NCBI RefSeq assembly: GCF_004010195.1
Contig: NC_057715.1
Location: forward strand, 14,389,869 to 14,453,868
From: Chiloscyllium plagiosum
Taxonomy: Eukaryota
Reading direction: 5' to 3'
DNA length: 64,000 nucleotides
The position numbers were made by a program, and so were the translations under genes. Below the pieces are notes generated by a model. It did no database searches. It saw only the letters and a list, made by a program, of their open reading frames with translations, and was not told where the DNA came from. Each line of letters starts with the position of its first letter. The stretch's first letter is position 1. Shown one piece after another: positions 24,108 to 35,944 of the stretch.

Positions 24108-27100
24108 AGGCAGATGAACTCAGGGCATGGTTAGGAACATGGGACTGGGATATCATAGAGATCACAGAAACATGGCTCAGGGATGGACAGGACTTGCAGC
24201 TTAATGTTCCAGGATACAAATGCTACAGGAAGGATAGAAAAGGGGGGGTGGAGAGTGGCATCTTTGATAAGGGGTAACATCACGGCTGTACTCAGGGGTG
24301 ATATTCCTGGCAAAAGGTCCAGGGAAGTTATTTGGGTGGAACTGAGAAATAAGAAAGGGATGATCACCTTATCGGGATTGTAAAAACACCGCCCCTCCCC
24401 CCCCAGATTTCAAGAATAATAGGATGGTATTGTTAGGGGATTTTAACTTTCCAAACATGGACTGAGACTGTCATAGTGTTAAGGGTTTAGATGTAGAGGA
24501 ATTTGTTAAGTGTGGACAAGAAACTTTTCTGATTCAGTATGTGGATGTACATAGAAAGGGTGCAAATATTGACCTACTCTTGGGAAATAAGGCAGGGCGG
24601 GTGACTGAGGGGTCAGTGGGAGAGCACCATTGGGGCCAGTGACCATAATTTTATTAGTTTTAAAATAGTGATGGAAGAGGATAGACCGGATCTAAAAGTT
24701 AAAGTTCTAAATTGGATGAAGGTCAATTTTGATGGTATCAGGCAAGAACTTTCAAATGCTGATTGGGGGGCGGCTGTTCACAGCTAAAGGGATGGCTGGA
24801 AAATGGGAAGCCTTCAAAAATGAGATAATGGGAGTCCAGGGACAATATATTCCTGTTAGGGTGAAAGGAAAGGCTAGTAGGTGTAGGGAATGCTGGATGA
24901 CTAGAGAAATGCAGGTTTTGGTCAAGAAAAAGGAAGCCTATGTCAGGTACAGACTGCAGAGATCGAGTGGATTCTTAGTGGAGTATAAAGGCAGTAGGAA
25001 AACATTTAAGAGGGAAATCAGGAGGACAAAAAGGGGACATGAGATAGCTTTGGCAAATAGGGATAAGGAGAATTGAAAAGGATTTTCTAAGTACATTAAG
25101 GAAAAAAGGGTAACCAGAGAGAGAATAGGACATCTCAATGAACAGCAAGGCACCTCCATGTAGAAATGGAGGAGATGGGGGAGATACTAAATGAGTATTT
25201 TGCATCAGTGTTTACTGTGGAGAAGGACATAGAAGATATAGAATGTGGGGAAATAGATGGTGACATCTTGTAAAATATCCATAATACAGAGGAGGAGGTG
25301 CTGGATAAATCCTTAGGTCCTGATCGGGTGTACCTTTGAACTCTGGGAGAAGTTAGCGAAGTGATTGCTGGGCCCCTTGCTAAGATAGTTTGATCATTGA
25401 TAGTCACAGGTGAGGTGCCAGAAGACTGGAGGTTGGCAATTGTGGTGTCACTGTTTAAGAAGGGTGGTAAGGAAAAACCAGGGAACTCTAGACCAGGAAG
25501 CCTGATATCGGTGGTGGACATGTTGTTGGAGGAAATCCTGACGGACAGGATTTGCATGTATTTGGAAAGGCAAGGACTGATTAGAGATAGTCAACACGGC
25601 TTTATGTATGGGAAATCATATCTCACTAACCTGATTGAGTTTTTTGAAGCACTAACAAAGAGGATTGATGAGGGCAGAGCGATGGACCTGATTTACATGG
25701 ACTTCAGTTAGGCGTTCGACAAGGTTCCCCATGGGAGACTGGTTAGCAAGGTTAAATCATACGGAATGCAGGGAGAACTAGCCATTTGAATCCAGAACTG
25801 GCTTGAAGGAAGAAAATAGAATGGATGTAGAGGGTTGCATTTCAGACGGGAGGCCTGTGACCAGTGGAGTGTCACTTCTTTTTGTCATTTACATAAATTA
25901 TTTGAATGTGAACAAAGAAGGTATAGTCAGCAAGTTTGCAGATGACACCAAAATTGGAGGTGTAGTAGACAGTGAAGAAAGTTACTGGATTAGTGATGCT
26001 GGAAGAGCACAGCAGTTCAGGCAGCAGCCAAGAAAGTTACCTCAGAGTACAACAGAATCTTGATCAGACAGGCCAATGGACCGAGAAGTAGCAGATGGTG
26101 TTTAATTTGAACATTGAACATAGTCTTAGAACTGTACAGCACAGTACAGACCCTTAAGTCCTTGATGTTGTGCTGACCTTTTATGCTCTTCTAAGATCAA
26201 ACTAACCTATATCCCGTACATTTCACTGTCATCATATGCCTATCATTTTAATGTCCCCAGTGTATCTGACTCTACTACCACTGCTGGCAGTGCATTCCAT
26301 GCACCCACCACTCTCTGTGGAAAGAATCTATCTCTGACAGGGGCAACATGGTAGCTCAGTGATTACCACTGCTGCCTCACAGCACCAGGGACCTGGAGGT
26401 ACTGCATGTTGGAAAGGCAAATCAGGGTGGGACTTATACACTTGATGATAAAGTTCTGAGGAGTGTTGCTGAACAAAGAGACCTTGGTGTGCAGGTTCAT
26501 AGTTCCTTGAAGATGGAGTCACAGGTAGATAGGATAGTGAAGAAGGCATTTGGTATACTTTCCTTCATTGGTCAGTGTATTGAGTACAGGAGTTGGGAGG
26601 TCATGGTGTGGCTGTACAGGACATTGGTTAGGCCACTGTTGAAATATTGTGTGCAATTCTGGTCTCCTTCCGATTGGAAGGTTGTTATGAAACTTGAAAG
26701 GTTTCAGAAATGTTTTGCAAAATGTTGCCAGGGTTGGAGGATTTGAGCTGTAGGGAGAGGCTGAATAGGCTGGGGCTGTTTTCCCTGGAGCGTCGGAGGC
26801 TGAAGGGTAACCCTATAGGGGTTTATAAAATCATGAGGGGCATGGATAAATAGACAAAGTCTCTTCCCTGGGGTGGGGGCATCCAGAACTAAAGGGCATA
26901 GGTTTAGGGTGAGAGGGGAAAGATTTAAAAGGGACCTAAGAGGAAACTTTTTCACGCAAAGAGTGGTGCGTGTACAGAAGGAGCTGCCAGAGGAACTGGT
27001 GGAAGCTGGTACAATTACACTATTTAAAAGGCATCTGGATGGGTATATGAATAGGAAGGGTTTACAGGGATATGGGCCAAATGCTGCCAAATGGGACTAG

Positions 27101-27172
27101 ATTAATTTAAGATATTTAGTCAGCATGGACGAGTTGGACCAAAGGGTCTGTTTCTGTGCTGTACATCTCTGA
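24108..27172 (+). mobile_element. CR1/HER1 LINE (endonuclease remnant through RT to 3' end) with nested inserts at 25986-26029 and ~26110-26400
   Basis: ITETWL, IWVELRNKKG, GDFNFP, TGEVPEDWRLAIVVSLFKKG, SQHGFMYGKS.LTNLIEFFE, SKFADDTKIGG and NFFTQRVVRV motifs. Frameshifted. Confidence 0.93.
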
Positions 27173-27362
27173 ATGACCTAAATGGTCATTCATCTAATTT
27201 TGATTCATGGGAACTTGGTGTGTACAAATTGGTTGCTTCTTATGCCTGTATGGTCGTGGCTACAAAAGTAATCTGTTGGCCAGAAAGCACTTGGGAATGT
27301 CCTGATGATTGGGTAAGAGGCTAAGTTAATGTGAGCTTTGTTTTAAACTGCCTTTAAATCAG

Positions 27363-27555
27363 TTTAAACGGTGAAAAACGTCACCGAGAACAGCTGAGAG
27401 TCAATCAAGAAAACAAGACAATGAAGGAACGCCTCAAGCTGGTCCAGCCTCAATACAATCATCTGAAATGGCATGAAGACTGGTATAAAGCTGAGAAGCT
27501 CATGGACCATATTGCTCACTATCCTCGTGGCTGGTACAATGGACAGAACTCAAAG
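27363..27555 (+). CDS. CFAP97D2: CFAP97D2-like exon 4
   Basis: CAG acceptor completes a Ser codon in phase with exon 3. SLNGEKRHREQLRVNQENKTMKERLKLVQPQYNHLKWHEDWYKAEKLMDHIAHYPRGWYNGQNSK; donor GTAATT. Confidence 0.88.
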
Positions 27556-27691
27556 GTAATTTCTCCAATCGGTGGGAGACCAGCACTGTTTCTGTATGCC
27601 ATATGTGTGCTGCATTGGTGAATACTTTAATTCTCTCCAGGGTACCTGGAAGGCTGCTCAAAATGTTCTCTGTACTATGAGGATATAACTC

Positions 27692-28008
27692 GGCGGCACG
27701 GTGGCACAGTGGTTAGCACTGCTGCCTCACAGCGCCAGAGACCTGGGTTCAATTCCCGCCTCAGGCGACTGACTGTGTGGAGTTTGCACGTTCTCCCCGT
27801 GTCTGCATGGGTTTCCTTCGGGTGCTCCGGTTTCCTCCCACAGTCCAAAGATGTGCAGGTTAGGTGAATTGGCCATGCTAAATTGCCCGTAGTGTTAGGT
27901 AAGGGGTAAATGTAGGGGTATGGGTGGGTTGCGCTTCGGCGGGTCGGTGTGGACTTGTTGGGCCGAAGGGCCTGTTTCCACACTGTAATGTAATCTAATC
28001 TAATCTAA
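27692..28008 (+). mobile_element. tRNA-derived SINE (HE1-like)
   Basis: A box TGGCACAGTGG, B box GGTTCAATTCC, CR1-like 3' tail GGGCCGAAGGGCCTGTTTCC, and (TAATC)n end. Confidence 0.92.
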
Positions 28009-29437
28009 AACTATCCCTGAGATCTCTACATTCCTCCAATCCCAACTTCTTACACATCCTCTCATCCACTTTTAGGAACCCTGCTTTTAGCTGCTGAAGA
28101 CCAAAAGTCTGAAATTCCCTCCTTAAACTTCTTGCACCTCTTTACCTCTCTCTCCTCATTTCAGATGCTCCTTAAAACCTCCCTCTTTGATCAAACTGTC
28201 AGCTGTCATAATAATGTGACACAAAATTCCATTGATAGCACACCAGTGAAGCACCTTGTGATGTTTCACTACAAAGGAAAACCCCGAGGTAAATGCATAA
28301 TGCTGAAGTTTCTCAATTCACCAGACCCTGCACCCCCTCTCTCTCCAAGCTGCCTATTGCACTCAAACCAGGAAATGGACAGTGACTTATTTCCTGCCAA
28401 CAGTGCTGACATAACCACTTGACTGAGCCAGAGTCACATTGTATTCTACAAAGTTACTCCTTAGATACATTACCAAACCTTACTCAAGTCATGATTTTTA
28501 AAAAGCATCAAGTAAAATAAAACCGTGTGGATAAACTTAGATGATTCCTGGGTTTCCTGAGAGATTTTGGGAGTACTTTAATGAATTCACACTTATGGCA
28601 CAGAGCTCCTCACCCACTCATTTTAAATTTAAACTCTCAGCTGCATCTTAGAGGATAGCTCTCTCACCCCTGAGTCCAAAAGTTCTGCATTCAAGTCTCA
28701 CTCAATGTCTTGAGCCCAAAACTCTATGCCAATACGGTCAGTGAACAACTGTGTTGTGACCTTTCAAAAGCGATGTTAAATCAACGCTCTGCCAAGTAGG
28801 CGTTAAAGGTCCCATTGCACTAAACTGAAGAAGAGCAGGAGAGTTCTAACTGGTGTCTAGGGTCAATATTTAACTTCCAACAAACATTACAAAAATAGAT
28901 CAGCTGGTCATGATTGCATTGATTTTGTGGGAGCTTGCTGTGTCCAAAACTGGCTGCCATGTTTCATTACAACATTGATCACACTTCAAAAGTACTGAAT
29001 TGGCTTTGAAGTAATCATGAAAGGTGCTATAAAAATGCAATTCTTTTTAATGCATGGTTACGGGATTAGAGTTCAATTTTCGATGGAACCCTCTGTGTGT
29101 TTGTTTGGATTTTCAGGTACAAATCCAAAACTGAAGTCAATGGGAATCAGGAGAAAAGTTTTCATTGGTTGGAGTCAGACCTGGCACAAAGGAAGAGGGT
29201 TAGGGTTGATCATCTCCAACAAAAGAGTATTTAACCATTTCCTTCTGACATTCATTGACATTACCACAGCTGAATTCCCCACTATCAATATTGTGAGAGT
29301 TACCATTGACAAGAAATACTTCAGCTGCAAGATCAGGTCAGGGACTAGGAGTTCTACAGTGAGCAACTAATTTCCTCACTTCTCATGACCTGTCTGCCAC
29401 CTACAAAGCTCAAATCAAGAGTGTGATTGAACATTTA

Positions 29438-29753
29438 GGGTGGTATGGGGCTCAGTGGTTAGCACTGCTCCTCACAGCACCAGGGTCCCAGGTTCGATTC
29501 CAGCCTTGGGAGACTGTCTGTGAGGAATTTGCACATTCTCCCTGTGTCTGCGTGTGTTTTCTCCAGGCACTCTGGTTTCCTCGCACAGTCCAAAGATGTG
29601 CAGGCCAGGTGAATTGGCCATGCTAAATTGCCCATAGTGTTAGGTGCATTAGTCAGAGGAAAATAGGACTGGGTGGATTACTCTTCTGAGGGTCAGTGTG
29701 AACTTGTTGGGCTGAAGGGCCTGTTTCCACGCTGTAGGGAATCTAATCTAATC
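29438..29753 (+). mobile_element. tRNA-derived SINE (HE1-like)
   Basis: Same A/B boxes, body and (AATCT)n tail as the 27692 copy. Confidence 0.9.
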
Positions 29754-30277
29754 ACTTCACACTTCTCTGGATGAGTCCAACTCCAACAATATTCCAAAGA
29801 GGCTTGACACCATCCAAGACAAAGCAGCCTACTTGATTGACACCCCTATCCAGCACCGATGCATAATAGCTGCAGTGTGAACCATCCATAAGTAGCTCTC
29901 CAAGGCTCCTTTGACAGTAGCTTCCAAAACCTCTATCACTTAGAAGGACAAAGGAAGGCAGATGAACAGCGAACCCCATCACCTGAAAATTTCTCTCCAA
30001 GCCAAACACTTTCCAGACTTAGAACTATATTGCTGTTCCTTTCCCTTGGCTGGGCCAAGGAGCTGCCTTGGTGTCCCTACATAGCAAGGATTACAGTGGT
30101 TCAAGAAGGCAGCTCATCACTACCTTCTCAACATCAATTCGAGATGGATAATAAAGGATGGCGTAGCTAGTGATGCCCCTATCCCGCAAATGATTTAATA
30201 AAACTATTTGATTTGTTTTATTTAGATTGATCTATGATAGGTTTTCTCCTAATCGACCTTTTACTTTTTATCCCCAG

Positions 30278-30358
30278 ACAAAATCTGAAGCTGTCAGATC
30301 CGCACCAGCGAGAGGAACCAGCAAAAGTAAAAATATACAACCAAGGGGCTCACAGTAA
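30278..30358 (+). CDS. CFAP97D2: CFAP97D2-like candidate terminal coding exon 5
   Basis: Strong pyrimidine tract plus CCCCAG acceptor in unique sequence. Phase-0 reading TKSEAVRSAPARGTSKSKNIQPRGSQ*. No homology support. Confidence 0.55.
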   Translation, partial: TKSEAVRSAPARGTSKSKNIQPRGSQ

Positions 30359-30699
30359 AAGTCAACAGGAAACATGGAACCAAGTGACATGAATCAACTC
30401 CACAATATCCTCAATTCTAATCCCCATTGTTCACATTAGTACATCTAAACAATCTACCTTCTTTTCAATGACAGATAAAGCTGAAATCCACATTCGATCG
30501 CGAGTGTAATTTGCCTGTAGTACTTAGTGTGCCTTCAAGTTTTTGAAACTTGTAACGTAGACTGGACAATCGAATATGCCTTCTTTGAATTTTTCCTAAT
30601 TTTCTATCAAGCAAGATTCTACATCAAGTACACTGATTTATTAACAATATCTCTGGATGTCAGCAGTTTAGGAGGATCAGCGAGTCACTGCTGCTTTGT

Positions 30700-31210
30700 G
30701 GGTGTGGATAAGGTTGAGTGAAGAGGGCAGTTGAGTCGGAGGAGAATAAAGTATGAGAGGGGTTATTGGGGGATTATTGAGAAGATGAGAAGAGAGGACT
30801 TTGGGGTAAGGGAGTTGGGCAAGAGGGGTAGAATGAGGAGGCAATGGTGGAAGACATATTGGCTGAGGAGGTGGATATGGGCAACTGGACTCTAGGGTGG
30901 CATTAGGGATTATGCTATGATGATGGAAGCAAAGCATTGGTGGTTTAGAGGGCTTCTGGCAAGGGAAAGGAGAACTGGGTAGAGACATTGAGAGGATGGA
31001 AGAGGATTTGAGGGGGAGTTGGTGGGTGAGGTTGATTGGATGTGAAGGGGTTATTGAGCAATTGTGGGAAATTGAGGGGGTGGATATGATGTGGGTAGGT
31101 GGGATTGGAGAAGAGTATTTATTGGGCATGTGAACTGATTAGGGAACTATGATGGGGTTAGAGGACATTAGACACGGAAGGGGAATGGGATGGGGCGGGG
31201 GAGGGGCATA
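30700..31210. repeat. Purine/G-rich low-complexity tract
   Basis: Strong G/A skew, no clear unit. Confidence 0.7.
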
Positions 31211-32094
31211 AGAAAATTCTGGAAAATGACGGACATCAATTTAATCAAGATAAAAAGCACAGAAACTGAGTAGAAACTGAAAACTACAATTCTGCGGATG
31301 CTGGAAATCCAAGAAAAGAACTAGAGAGACTAAAAGAGGTCACAAAGTCTGGTGGTATCTGTTGAGAGAAATAGATTTAACATTTCATCTCAATGACCTT
31401 TCATCAGAATATTAAAATGAATTACTTCAGTATAAAGGCCTTTGAGTGTTTATTTGGGGGTGTAGCGAAGTAAAGTTGCTACATTTTCTGACTCTTTAGT
31501 TGGATGATGGACTGAAGTTGTACTGTGGATCCTCAGCAACTCGCTGAGAGGAAAGCACTAATCTCAGAGACTCTATGATGTTTTAATGAGACCACATAAT
31601 CTGCCAAGTGTGCAGGACAGCTTTGCTTTTGCCGGTTTGAGATGTTTGTTATATATCCCTGCCGGAAGTATGGTCACTTTGTTCAACTTTCAGCACCATG
31701 CTATTCTCTGCTGCTTACTAATGGTGTTACCGCTGTTGTTAACTTGGGTTTCTGCCCCTCGCCTACTCCACCCGCATCACCTCCACCCAGAATAAACCAC
31801 ATTGCACAGAAAACACATCCTACAACACAAAACAACTTGCGCCTCTCTCATTTGTCTTCAAAGTAATTCATATCACTTCGAAAATTGTGATACATCCCCA
31901 CGCGTAAAAACAACTCCACCTTTCCTGCATCAGGAGATGAAAGATCACTTTGTACAAAGTTCATGTTTGTTGGTTGTTTGGGCCAGTTGTTGTTGTGATC
32001 TGGAATGCACTGCCTGAGGAGGTGGTAGATGCAGCTACAGTTAAAACATTTAAAAGACATTTCAACAGGTACATGAACAGGGATATCGGCTAAA

Positions 32095-33830
32095 TAGAGT
32101 CATAGTCAAAGAGTCATAGAGATGTACAGCTTGGAAGCAGACCCTGCGGTCCAACCCATCCATGCTGACCAGATATCCCAACCCAATCTAGTCCCACCTG
32201 CCAGCACCCGGCCCATATCCCTCCAAACCCTTCCTATTCATATACCCATCCAAATGCCTCTTAAATGTTGCAATTGTGCCAGCCTCCACCACACTCTCTG
32301 GTAGCTCATTCCATACATGTACCACCCTCTGCGTGAAAAGGTTGCCCCTAAGGTCTCTTTTAGGTCTTTCCCTCTCACCCTAAACCTATGCCCTCTAGTT
32401 CTGGACTCCCCACCGCAGAGAAAAGACTTTGTCTATTTATCCTATCCATGCCCCTCATAATTTTGTAGACCTCTATGAGGTCACCCTCAGCCTCTGATGC
32501 TCGAGGGAAAACCATTCCAGTCTATTCAGCCTCTCCCTATAGCTCAAATCCTCCAACCCTGGCANNNNNNNNNNNNNNNNNNNNNNNNNNNNNNNNNNNN
32601 NNNNNNNNNNNNNNNNNNNNNNNNNNNNNNNNNNNNNNNNNNNNNNNNNNNNNNNNNNNNNNNNNNNNNNNNNNNNNNNNNNNNNNNNNNNNNNNNNNNN
32701 NNNNNNNNNNNNNNNNNNNNNNNNNNNNNNNNNNNNNNNNNNNNNNNNNNNNNNNNNNNNNNNNNNNNNNNNNNNNNNNNNNNNNNNNNNNNNNNNNNNN
32801 NNNNNNNNNNNNNNNNNNNNNNNNNNNNNNNNNNNNNNNNNNNNNNNNNNNNNNNNNNNNNNNNNNNNNNNNNNNNNNNNNNNNNNNNNNNNNNNNNNNN
32901 NNNNNNNNNNNNNNNNNNNNNNNNNNNNNNNNNNNNNNNNNNNNNNNNNNNNNNNNNNNNNNNNNNNNNNNNNNNNNNNNNNNNNNNNNNNNNNNNNNNN
33001 NNNNNNNNNNNNNNNNNNNNNNNNNNNNNNNNNNNNNNNNNNNNNNNNNNNNNNNNNNNNNNNNNNNNNNNNNNNNNNNNNNNNNNNNNNNNNNNNNNNN
33101 NNNNNNNNNNNNNNNNNNNNNNNNNNNNNNNNNNNNNNNNNNNNNNNNNNNNNNNNNNNNNNNNNNNNNNNNNNNNNNNNNNNNNNNNNNNNNNNNNNNN
33201 NNNNNNNNNNNNNNNNNNNNNNNNNNNNNNNNNNNNNNNNNNNNNNNNNNNNNNNNNNNNNNNNNNNNNNNNNNNNNNNNNNNNNNNNNNNNNNNNNNNN
33301 NNNNNNNNNNNNNNNNNNNNNNNNNNNNNNNNNNNNNNNNNNNNNNNNNNNNNNNNNNNNNNNNNNNNNNNNNNNNNNNNNNNNNNNNNNNNNNNNNNNN
33401 NNNNNNNNNNNNNNNNNNNNNNNNNNNNNNNNNNNNNNNNCCAGCACTTCCTCCTCTGTAATGTGGACATTTTGCAAGATGTCACCATCTATTTCTCTAC
33501 AGTCTATATCTTCCATATCCTTTTCCACAGTAAATACTGATGCAAAGTATTCATTTAGTATCTCCCCCATTTTCTCTGGCTCCACACAAAGGCCGCATTG
33601 CTGATCTTTGAGGGGCCTTATTCCCTCCCTAGTTACCCTTTTGTCCTTAATATATTTGTAAAAACCCTTTGGATTCTCCTTAATTCTATTTGCCAAAGCT
33701 ATCTCATGTCCCCGTTTTGCCCTCCTGATTTCCCTCTTAAGTATACTCGTACTTCCTTTATATTCTTCTAAGGATTCACTCAATCTATCCTGTCTATACC
33801 TGACATATGCTTCCTTCTTTTTCTGAACCA
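32095..33830 (-). mobile_element. CR1/HER1 LINE, minus strand, spanning the assembly gap
   Basis: 33441-33830 encodes KKKEAYVRYRQDR..IKENPKGFYKYIK. 32095-32564 is the 3' end with an (AGAGTCAT)n tail. Confidence 0.9.
32565..33440. other. Assembly gap (876 N)
   Basis: Run of n. Confidence 1.
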
Positions 33831-35194
33831 AAAACTGAGGCAAATGGGACTTGTTAAGTTTGGAAAACCTATTGGCAGGAAGGATTGAACTGAAGGGTCT
33901 GTTTCCATGCTGTATGACTCTGTCAGCATTTGTGAGAGAGAAACAAGAGTTAGCATTTCGTGTCAATGATATTTCATCAGAACATTGGCTCTGTGATGGA
34001 ATATAGCCCTTTGGCCTGAAAAGTGTACTGTGCTGCACCCTCGTCAGTTGCCACTGAAATTGTAGAGTACTTCTCTGTCCCATTGCAAATTTCCAAAATT
34101 TGCAGTTTTTACTCTATTAGGTAATTACCCACTTATTTTCTTTGAAGGAATTATCTTTCAACATTCAATACTCTAATTTAGCAACTGTCCTATATCCAAG
34201 TATCCAAACGGAGAAAAAAATATTCCAATCTTTATTCATTCTGAGTTCAGTCCCTTTGTGCACCCAGAGTATCTGCAACTGTCTGTGTTTATCATTATAC
34301 TTGGCATCTTCCATTTCTGATGTGGAAGACTTTGAGAAAATGCATCAAGTTGAGCCTCTGATATTGTTCTTTACACAAAGAGAAGGTGAAATCTGAAGCT
34401 CTCTCCTGAAAGACTATTCACGCTGAGAGGGGCAACTGAAAATTTCAAGACTGTGATCCGTAGACTATTGTTGGGTAAGAATCTTACTGATAGATTTCGC
34501 TGCTCGTTGGATGCTGCCTGAATTGCTGTGCTCTTCCAGCACCACTGATCCAGAACTATGGCTGTTGGACTAGTTTGTGGTGCGCAAATGTTATGTTGTA
34601 ATTCATTGGCAGAGCGACCAAGTGCTGATCACTTCTTGTTCCTATAATCCCATGATCATTCACCAGGGTTTCGCAACTTTATGGTGTACCCTCAGCCACA
34701 TGACTTAAAATAGGTTATATGGCCTTCTTCACATTGTTGTTTGTGAGATCTTGCTGTGTCCAAATTGACTGCTGCTTTTCTTTCATAACAAGGTAGACAA
34801 GCAGGAGGCTGGAAGAACACAGCAAGCCAGGCAGCATTAACGTTTCCGGTATAACTCTTTTTTTCTTTCATTACAGGAGTCACAATGTTTCAAAACAGTA
34901 CTCCAATGGCTGGGAAGCATTTTGGGACATCTTAAAGTGGCGATGAGTGTCATTCTAATCGAAATCGTCCATTCTTTTTGTTTCCCCTCTTCCACGGCCT
35001 TTTCTGCCTGTCTCCCTACAATTCTGAGGTCATACTGTTCCTGTCTGTGATGATGCTCTATTCCAGCTGGGCTGCATTTAACCTGCTTTTCCTGAGAACG
35101 GAGAAAATAAACTCAGCTCGGGGGAAGTTCTCGGGCAATTTAAAATGCAAGTAAATTGCCCTTGAAGACTGGAGGTAGCCCCGGTACAGGTGTG

Positions 35195-35700
35195 TCATAG
35201 CAGCAAAGAGCTGTACAGCACGGAAACAGAGCCTTCAATCCAACTCATCCATGCCGACCAGATATCCCAAATTAATCTAGTCTCGTTTGCTAGCGTTTGG
35301 CCCATATCCCTCTAAACCCTTCTATTCATATACCCATCCAGATGCCTTTTAAATGTTGTAACTGTACCAGCCTCCACCACTTCCTCTGGTAACTCATTCC
35401 ATACACGTACCACCCACTGAGTGAAAATGTTGGCTCTTAGGTCACTTTTAAATCTTTCCCAGAACGTTAAACCTATGCCCTCTAGTTTTGAAATCCCCTA
35501 CCTTGGGAATAAGACATCTCCTCATGATTTTATAAACATCTATAAACCTCCATTGCTCCAGGGAAAATTGCCCCAGCTTACTCAGCTTCACCCTGTAGCT
35601 CAACCCTATCAACATCCTTGTCAATCTTTTCTAAACCATTTTAAATTTCACAACATCTTTCCTCTAGCAGGGAGTCCAGAATTATACGCAATATTCCAGT
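35195..35700 (-). mobile_element. CR1/HER1 LINE 3' fragment
   Basis: Reverse complement of the CR1 3' end seen at 54700-55250. Confidence 0.85.
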
Positions 35701-35944
35701 AAGAACAAGCCAAATAATACCAGTCCTCAATTCTTTCTTCATAAGCCTATGCAGCTTTTCCTCTTCAAATATTTATCCAGTTTACTTTCAAACGTTGCTA
35801 TGGAATCTATTGTCCCACTCCTTTCTTAAGTTCTCTCTGTCCTTTCTGGTCTGGCAGGGGAACGTATACAATTGAGATTGTTTCTGAAAGGAGAAACTGC
35901 AAACACACAAACATCATCAGAAATCACACCCTATTCAACTGAAT

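Noticed and set aside
27692-27765. tRNA gene
   Set aside because: The A/B boxes are the head of a multi-copy SINE. No proper cloverleaf or terminator.
32473-34083. Long ORFs of 314-536 aa
   Set aside because: They run through the N gap. The real parts are CR1 fragments.
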